A stretch of 64,000 bases of DNA, from the NCBI GenBank assembly GCA_963666285.1, contig OY762711.1. One strand, given 5' to 3'. The DNA comes from Sedimentisphaerales bacterium. GTDB taxonomy: Bacteria; Planctomycetota; Phycisphaerae; Sedimentisphaerales; SM23-30. Position 1 is the stretch's first letter, and each line of letters begins with the position of its first letter. The notes under the pieces were generated by a model that did not search any database, was not told the origin of the DNA, and saw only the letters and a program-made list of their open reading frames with translations. The translations under genes and the position numbers were made by a program. Positions 19,436 through 27,300 of the stretch are shown here, in pieces.

Positions 19436-20330
19436 GCGGATAATCGAGGTTTCTCAGGCGAAGACATATTTATCGGTTAAAAATAGCCAATTGTTAATAC
19501 GCCGAGATGATGAGCAGATAGGTCAGATACCATGCGAAGATATAGGTATGCTGATAGTAGATCATCCTGGTGTGATATATACACACTGCGTGTTTACTGA
19601 ACTGGTTAAAGCAGGTGCTGCGGTTGTGCTGTGCGGAGCAGACCATCATCCGGCGGGAGTGTTTATGCCGGTAGAGTCTAACAGCGTGCAGACCGAGCGT
19701 ATGCGTGGGCAGCTGCTGGCGAAAGAGCCTATAAAGAAGCAGATGTGGAAGCAACTGGTGCAGTCAAAGATCCGGCATCAGGCAGAAGTGCTGGGTAAAG
19801 ATTGTCGTGCGTATGAGGGATTGCAGGAGATGGCAAATGCGGTGAAGAGCGGTGACCCGGAGAATAAGGAAGCGCAGGCGAGTAAACTGTACTGGAAATA
19901 TTTTGGTGATGAAATGGAGTTCAAAAGGCATCGGTACGGTAAGAGTCCTAACAATATGCTGAATTATGGATATGCAATTGTTCGTGCGGCTGTTGCCAGG
20001 GCAATCGTAGCGGCTGGTTTGAACCCATCAATTGGTGTGCATCACTGCAACAAGTATAATGCATTTTGCCTGGCGGATGATTTGCTGGAGGCCTTCAGGG
20101 GATTTGTGGATAGAAGGGTTCTTGAAATATGGTCGGAATTGTCTGGGGGTGAAGGCGAAGTTGAATTGGATCAGGAGATAAAGGCAAAGCTGCTTGAAAT
20201 ATTATATGATGAAGTAGAGCTGGGGCAGTATTCCGGACCGATGATGGTTGGTATGCACAGAATGGCGGCATCAGTAGTGAAGTGTTTTGCCGGGGAAAGT
20301 AAAAATCTGGATTTGCCGAAAATCTGTTAA
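19428..20330 (+). CDS. cas1: Type II Cas1
   Basis: IPCEDIG, SGDPENKEAQA, NNMLNYGYAIVRA and GVHH..YNAFCLADDLLEAFR; ATG overlaps cas9 end. Confidence 0.96.
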   Translation: MIKRIIEVSQAKTYLSVKNSQLLIRRDDEQIGQIPCEDIGMLIVDHPGVIYTHCVFTELVKAGAAVVLCGADHHPAGVFMPVESNSVQTERMRGQLLAKEPIKKQMWKQLVQSKIRHQAEVLGKDCRAYEGLQEMANAVKSGDPENKEAQASKLYWKYFGDEMEFKRHRYGKSPNNMLNYGYAIVRAAVARAIVAAGLNPSIGVHHCNKYNAFCLADDLLEAFRGFVDRRVLEIWSELSGGEGEVELDQEIKAKLLEILYDEVELGQYSGPMMVGMHRMAASVVKCFAGESKNLDLPKIC

Positions 20331-20398
20331 AGGCAGGTTTGTTAAAAGACGAAAAATAAGAAGATGAGTGAAATTTTTATTTTTTCTGAGTGACAATA

Positions 20399-20728
20399 AT
20401 GGATATCAGCGGGTATAGAGTAGTGTGGATACTGGCAATGTTTGACCTGCCGACCGATACGAAGCAGGCAATAAAAGATTATACGCAATTTCGTAAAAGT
20501 CTTTTAAAAGACGGGTTTTCTATGATACAATATTCTGTATATATCAGACATTGTGCCAGTGAGGAAAACGCAGATGTTCATTTTGAACGAGTTAAAAAAT
20601 TTTTGCCTCCGGATGGCGAAGTGCGGCTGCTTTGTATTACCGATAAGCAGTATGGTCGCATGGAAACCTATTGGGGGCGGCGTAGAAAACCGACGCCTCC
20701 GGCACCAAAACAGCTCGAACTTTTCTGA
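20399..20728 (+). CDS. cas2: Type II Cas2
   Basis: WILAMFDLPT, FRKSLLKDGFSMIQYSVY, ITDKQY and QLELF. Confidence 0.96.
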   Translation: MDISGYRVVWILAMFDLPTDTKQAIKDYTQFRKSLLKDGFSMIQYSVYIRHCASEENADVHFERVKKFLPPDGEVRLLCITDKQYGRMETYWGRRRKPTPPAPKQLELF

Positions 20729-20784
20729 TTTTTTTGCCGAATCTTTTTGTAAGTCTGTGTTTGACAGTAGGTTGGAAAATATGT
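20729..20784. promoter_or_regulatory. Putative short CRISPR leader (spacer-acquisition end)
   Basis: Lies between cas2 and the first perfect repeat; the degenerate repeat is at the far end. Confidence 0.55.
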
Positions 20785-22204
20785 AGTGTAATCAATCCTA
20801 GCCTGTTGTCAATCCACAACTTGACAGATCTTTGCTGCTGGTGATGGGGTAGTGTAATCAATCCTAGCCTGTTGTCAATCCACAACAGGTGTCTGCGTTT
20901 AGCTGGTCGATCTTGTAGTGTAATCAATCCTAGCCTGTTGTCAATCCACAACAGCTCAAGCCTTGTAAGTTTGCTAGTTCTTAGTGTAATCAATCCTAGC
21001 CTGTTGTCAATCCACAACTAATATGAGTGCTTATGCAATTCTGTCAAAGTGTAATCAATCCTAGCCTGTTGTCAATCCACAACAATTTATTTTCACTCCA
21101 CTTATCGTCCCAGAGTGTAATCAATCCTAGCCTGTTGTCAATCCACAACATAAGCAGATAATGGATGAGCGTTGGGAGTAGTGTAATCAATCCTAGCCTG
21201 TTGTCAATCCACAACATCTTATTGTTTCTCCTGGTCCGGCTTTTCAGTGTAATCAATCCTAGCCTGTTGTCAATCCACAACACAACTTTATAATTGTTGT
21301 AAGTGCAGCCCAGTGTAATCAATCCTAGCCTGTTGTCAATCCACAACCTCTTGTCTGAACTATCTCATCAATGGAAAAGTGTAATCAATCCTAGCCTGTT
21401 GTCAATCCACAACACATTCCTTCAGGGGAAGCGATTCAAATAAAGTGTAATCAATCCTAGCCTGTTGTCAATCCACAACCCCGCCCTGGTTAATGTATTT
21501 GCTCGGGCAAGTGTAATCAATCCTAGCCTGTTGTCAATCCACAACCATTTCCCTTATCTACTAAAACAGTACTGAAGTGTAATCAATCCTAGCCTGTTGT
21601 CAATCCACAACTGGATGTCTTCAACTCATGTCGGATTCTGGAGTGTAATCAATCCTAGCCTGTTGTCAATCCACAACGGTGTTTCAGAGTTCTTTAATCG
21701 TTAATCGAGTGTAATCAATCCTAGCCTGTTGTCAATCCACAACTTTATCATGGCAGTATGTTCGTTTTGATTAAGTGTAATCAATCCTAGCCTGTTGTCA
21801 ATCCACAACAAGTTTCGGGTCGGAGTTATTCACTCTTTTAGTGTAATCAATCCTAGCCTGTTGTCAATCCACAACCAAGGGCAAAGTAAGATGTGGCGAG
21901 CGTTCAGTGTAATCAATCCTAGCCTGTTGTCAATCCACAACGTCGGTGTCGGTAAAACTTATGCCCGTTGTAGTGTAATCAATCCTAGCCTGTTGTCAAT
22001 CCACAACATCGCCTTGCCGGGTTATGTCTACCTATCAAGTGTAATCAATCCTAGCCTGTTGTCAATCCACAACCACGCTCACTGCCGCGAACAGCTGTTT
22101 GGAGTGTAATCAATCCTAGCCTGTTGTCAATCCACAACTATCCTTGACTTGAACGGTAATACAGTTGGAGTGTAATCAATCCTAGCCTGTTGTCAATCCA
22201 CTGA
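20785..22204 (-). CRISPR. CRISPR array, 22 repeats of 36 bp, 21 spacers of 29-30 bp
   Basis: Plus-strand repeat AGTGTAATCAATCCTAGCCTGTTGTCAATCCACAAC at a 65-66 bp period; last repeat (22169-22204) ends TGA instead of AAC. Minus-strand transcription is inferred from tracrRNA polarity and the GTTGT start. Confidence 0.99.
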
Positions 22205-22286
22205 CTGCAGCGATTGGTTTCGAGTATAGAGCGGCCAGCAATAAGCAGAGAGCTGGAGTAAAATCAGTTTGTGTTTGTAATGAAAA

Positions 22287-22755
22287 ATAATAATACGCCT
22301 GCGATAGTTTTTGGCCTCCGCCTCGGCCATGAATAAATTCGCTCAATCCTGCATTAAAACATATTTTGGACGAGTTCAAATAACTTACATCAGTCCCAAT
22401 CGGGCAGCCTCAATTATTAACCCTTCCTGAAACTCCTATATGCCGGATCTCCTTACCCGGTGACAATTAATACCCAGATTCCGAATTTGTAAAAAGCTCA
22501 AACTGACTCGTGGCCAGTTGAAAGTTATTTTTAAGTATTTGGTATCGGGCAAGGATAGCCGCAAAGCGGCAGGCCTGTTTAATATAAAAGATTGTCTTAA
22601 AATATATTACAACAATATAAAGAGACTAATCAATCATACTAAATTAAGCAAATACCTTTCAAGCTGTGAAACTCAAGTTGCCTTAAACATCCACAAATTA
22701 TCGTATCCGGTCGGGATGTTATTATCAAGTAAAAATTGAAATTAGTTGGCAGGTA
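22287..22755 (+). repeat. ~470-bp direct repeat, copy 2 (right of array)
   Basis: Matches 15362-15831; starts at the apex of the palindrome and ends next to the IS200 remnant. Confidence 0.95.
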
Positions 22756-22760
22756 GAAAA

Positions 22761-23236
22761 TGGTTCTCCAGAAGACTCTAAAAAGAGGTGAAGGAGAACC
22801 AAAATGAAAGACAGGCAAACCCAAAACCATGTTAAATGGGAATGAAAGTATCATGTGTTAATAGTACCAAAATATCGTAAGAAGATAGGCGAGATAATTC
22901 GAGAATTATGTCGCCAAAAGGATATCGAATTATTAGAAGGCAATGCAGGTGTGGATCATATTCATATGTTGCATAGTATTCCACCTGGGTACAGTATTGC
23001 CATGACAATGGGATCTTTGAAGGGCAAAAGTGCTATTCGCATAAACAGGAAGCTTGTCTGTTTGGTAGAAGCTTTTGATCCCTAGGATATTGTGTAAGAA
23101 CGGTTGGTCTTGATGAGGATATAATACGAAAATATATCCAGGATCAGGAACAGCAAGAACGTGATGAAGATAAATAGAGGTATCCAAATTCTAGGGTTCT
23201 TCCTCGGACCTCCTGCTATGCAGAAGGCGTGGTTGA
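22761..23236 (+). mobile_element. Decayed IS200/IS605-family element
   Basis: Left hairpin TGGTTCTCC...GGAGAACCA (22761-22801) occluding the RBS, tnpA remnant, right hairpin CCTCCTGC-TAT-GCAGAAGG (23209-23227). Ends approximate. Confidence 0.7.
22804..23177 (+). pseudogene. tnpA: IS200-type Y1 transposase pseudogene
   Basis: MKDRQTQNHVKWE*KYHVLIVPKYRKK...DHIHML (HUH)...LKGKSAIRI, then frameshift to LFGRSF*SLGYCVRTVGLDEDIIRKYIQDQE. Two stops, a frameshift and internal deletions. Confidence 0.9.
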
Positions 23237-23868
23237 TTTGTCTTTGAAATAGGCTCTATTATCTCATCAGGAAATTCATGAATCGCTTTATTAAGCAGAT
23301 TATCTAATTTTTCTTCAAGGGCTCTTGGAAGTAAAAAAAATGTTTCACGTTTTTGCTCAAACGTAACAAAAGAGTACCTGTTAAGATATTTATCCATATT
23401 ATCGTTATGTTTGTATTCAACAAATAGCAAAACATTGGTATTTGTTGAATAAATATACACATCTTCAACTACGGGTTTTATGATGATTATTCCCATTTTG
23501 GAATCATATTCTCCATGTATAGTCCGTGCAAGTACTGGAATATTAGGATCGAATTCCTCATCCTTATTTTTATCGAATTCAATTATTTCATTTCCCATAA
23601 AAATGGTACTGCCTTTAGGTGGACAAATATGTTCGAAGTTACTTAAATTAGTATTGTTAGTAGATGTATAAAATACATCCACTATACCTTCATGAAAAAG
23701 TTTCCCTTCAAAACCAAATTGATTTAAGATACTGTCAACTTCTTCTTTGGGTAATCCATTTTTCAGCAGCAAATTATTATCATAAAATAAATGAGATTCA
23801 GTAGTATTTTCAGAAATACAACCTGAAAAGAAAATTAGAAACAATAAATATATTATCAAATTCTTCAT
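23191..23868 (-). CDS. AT-rich hypothetical lipoprotein
   Basis: MKNLIIYLLFLIFFSG-C lipobox; 225-aa open frame in very AT-rich DNA; no SD before the ATG. Confidence 0.75.
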   Translation of the reverse strand: MKNLIIYLLFLIFFSGCISENTTESHLFYDNNLLLKNGLPKEEVDSILNQFGFEGKLFHEGIVDVFYTSTNNTNLSNFEHICPPKGSTIFMGNEIIEFDKNKDEEFDPNIPVLARTIHGEYDSKMGIIIIKPVVEDVYIYSTNTNVLLFVEYKHNDNMDKYLNRYSFVTFEQKRETFFLLPRALEEKLDNLLNKAIHEFPDEIIEPISKTNQPRLLHSRRSEEEP

Positions 23869-23879
23869 AAGTATATATA

Positions 23880-23915
23880 AGTGTAATCAATCCCAGCCTG
23901 TTGTCAATCCACGAA
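23880..23915 (-). CRISPR. Orphan degenerate CRISPR repeat
   Basis: AGTGTAATCAATCCCAGCCTGTTGTCAATCCACGAA, 33/36 identical to the array repeat, 1.7 kb beyond the array. Confidence 0.95.
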
Positions 23916-24332
23916 CAGCAGTGATCGGCTTTGAGTATTGAGATGCCAGGAATAAATAAGCAAGGAGCAGTGGTGAAATCATATTATAACTATCACAGGG
24001 GTAAATGAGGCATAATTATATAGATTGTGATTAGCTATCGGACCATTATGGTATGAAGTTTATTGCCAGAAAGCATATATAATTGATAATAGCATATAAA
24101 ATATTGATCGTGTGAAATGGAAATATGGATTGTGGAAAAATATTTTTTTGTAAGTTGTTGTTAGTAATAGTCTTACTGGCAAGTTGTGTTGTTTGTCGTA
24201 ATGTTGATGATAAATCGCAAATCTGGCAAAAAAATGAGATTATTAATGAAAAAGTGTATATGTTTTTGGTACGATAATAGTACTTGAATCAAAGCAGTCA
24301 TGAATATACAAAGTAAAGGTGTGAAACTAGAG

Positions 24333-27300
24333 ATGAGTAAAATAGTTGTAAGTATCTTTTTTTTATTAATGTTATGTCAGATATCTCTCTATGGCGGCAT
24401 AATTGTATCAGAGACAGATTCCGGCACGCAGATCCAGGAATATGGTTTATCAGATTCGATTGTAATAACAATTGACAATGCTCCTACAGCGACAGTCTGG
24501 GTTCAGATATCAGCCAATACTGCTGATATAGAGATAGACGGCGGTTTTGGCGGTGATGATGCTTATATATCCTTTACAACAAGTGACTGGTCAGTGCCAA
24601 GGGAAGTTGTGCTGGTGGCAGCTGATGACGGAATCCAGGAGCCGCAGGAGCAGGTGACATTGTCATTTAGTGTTACCAGTGGTGATACTTCGTATAATGG
24701 TGTTGCGCTTGCAGATATAATTGTTACAGTTTTGGATAGAGAAGTTGATATCTGCCCGGAAGGAGATATCGACGGCGATTGTGCCGTGTCAATAGCTGAC
24801 CTCGAATTGCTGGCAGGACAATGGCTTGGTTCGCCAGATTGCAGTGGAGCAGGATGTCCTGACCTGGTTGACTTTGGTGTAGTAGATCTTCTGGATTTTG
24901 AGCTTTTGTCAGCGAAATGGAAAAAGTCAGTTGGTCCGGTGGTTATCAATGAATTTATGGCGGATAATAACAGCGATAACCCGGACATCTCTCCGGAAGC
25001 GTGGGAGGTTTTTGATGAGACCGGTGACCCGGTTGACTGGATCGAGCTGTGGAATATTACATCTGAGCCGGTTAATCTAACCGGTTGGCATCTGACTGAT
25101 GATAAAGACGAGCTTTCGAAATGGGCATTTCCTGATGACACTATAATCTTGGCCGGAGATTACCTGCTGGTGTATGCATCTGGAAATGAACATGTAACCG
25201 GCAGTTATATTCATACAAACTTCAGTCTGGCAGGTGGAGGTGAATACCTGGGCCTGGTAAACAGTGAAGGGATAGTCACCAGTGAATATATAGATTATGA
25301 GTATGATTCAGATAAGTACGGTTATCCACCGCAGGAAAGTAATGTGTCATATGGTTATACAGACTATCTGCAGAGTCATCGCTACTTTTACCCGGCTACT
25401 CCGGGCGAAGAGAATAATAACAGCTCGCTGGGAACATCACCGGACACAAAATTTACTGTGGATCGAGGATTCTATGATACACCATTTGATCTGAATATAT
25501 ATACTGAGAATCCGGAAGCGATAGTAAGGTATACCCTGGACGGTTCGACACCGGATTGGGATAATGGCGAGATATTTGAGCCGGGCAGTACGATAACAAT
25601 AGATAAGACAACGGTGTTAAGAGCAAGATCTTTCCTGGCGGGTTATCTGCCGAGTAATGTCGATACCCAGACATATATTTTTGCCGCGGATGTAGTAACT
25701 CAACAGTCGGACGGCAGCAGCCCGGGATCAGGGTGGCCGGCACCAGGTTATTCTGTGAACGACCAAAGAATGGTTTATGGAATGGATCCTGATATCGTTA
25801 ATAGCTCGGAATATTCTGATTTAATGGATAATGCACTACATGCGGTGTCGACATTGTCGATGGTGATAGATTCTGAATATTTATTTGACGCATCATCCGG
25901 AATATATGTAAATGCGGCAGCCGCCCGCAGTGATAATGATTTCTGGACAGTTGAAAAGGAAAAAGCATGTTCGCTGGAATTAATTAACCCGGATGGAACG
26001 AAGGGCTTTAATATCAATTGCGGAGTACGAATCCGAGGTGGAGCCAGTCGGACAGGTGGAAACCCTAAACATGCGTTCAGGTTTTTCTTCAGGGATAAGT
26101 ATGGTAAGGGTAAGCTGGAATATCCGCTGTTCGGCGATGAGGGAGTGGATGAATACGACAAGGTTGATCTGCGAACAAGCCAGAATTTTTCGTGGTCGTT
26201 CAAGGGCAGTTATGAAAATCAACATAATACGTTTGTGCGTGAGGTGTTTTCCCGAGATATGCAGGGCCGCCTGGGTCATCCTTATACCAAGAGCAGGTAT
26301 TATCATTTGTATATTAATGGTGTATACTGGGGATTGTATCAGACGCAGGAAAGAGCGGAGTCCCGTTTTGCAGCATCGTACATGGGCGGCAAAAAGACTG
26401 ATTATGATGTTGTAAAAGCAGACAGTAACTACGGGCGGGAGATGACAGCGATCGAAGGTAATCGGGACGCATTTGAAAGATTATGGGCGGCAATAGCAGA
26501 TGGAGTGTACACGACGGAAGAATATTATCGTTTGCAGGGTATGAACCCGGATGGTACAATTAACCCAGCCTACGAGCGGCTGCTGGATGTGGAAAACCTG
26601 ATAGACTATCAGCTAATAAATTATTATACTTCTGATACTGATGGTGCAGCGTCCAGGTTTGGAAATTTACCGAATAATATATTCTGTTTGTACAACCGCA
26701 GCAACCCGGACGGCTGGAAGTGGATGGAGCATGATTCGGAACATTCGATGGGTGTATCAGAGCTAGGCTGGCCGAACTATGAAAATCTGGTGACGCCATA
26801 TACGACAGCCGGTGCGCAAATGCGATATTTTAACCCGCACTGGATGCACGAGCAGCTGATCCAGCAAAGTACAGAATATCGTATGGCATTTGCAGACAGG
26901 GTACAGGAATTGTTTTATAATGATGGTTTGTTTATGCCGGACAATGTCTGGGATATTTTAGTGGCGCGTGCGTTGCAGATTAATAATGCCATTATTGCCG
27001 AGTCAGCACGCTGGGGTGATACGAATACAAATCCACCGCGAACGAAAGAGACATGGCAAGAAGCGATCGATTATGTTCAGGATTTTATTTATGGAGCAAG
27101 CGGACATCCATGGGAGGCCAAACCACGTCAGCAGCGTGTCGTAGAGCAGTTTATGGGTGAGAACTGGCTGCCGATACTATCGGCTCCTGAATTTAATCAG
27201 TATGGCGGTTATGTGCCGGATGGGTTTAGCCTTGAGATTAGTAATCCTAACAGTACCGGTGAGATATATTATACCACGGACGGATCAGATCCAAGGATGC

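Noticed and set aside
20821..22168. Self-targeting or duplicated spacers
   Set aside because: No spacer duplicates or matches within the window noticed by eye; an exhaustive alignment was not possible.
20553..22379. ORFs with repeating WIDNRLGLITL / SVINPSLLSIHN peptides
   Set aside because: Translations of the 66-bp-period CRISPR array, not proteins.
22855..23085. 76-aa ORF as a functional transposase, or TnpB/IscB partner
   Set aside because: Only the fragment between an in-frame stop and a frameshift of tnpA; no tnpB or iscB follows.
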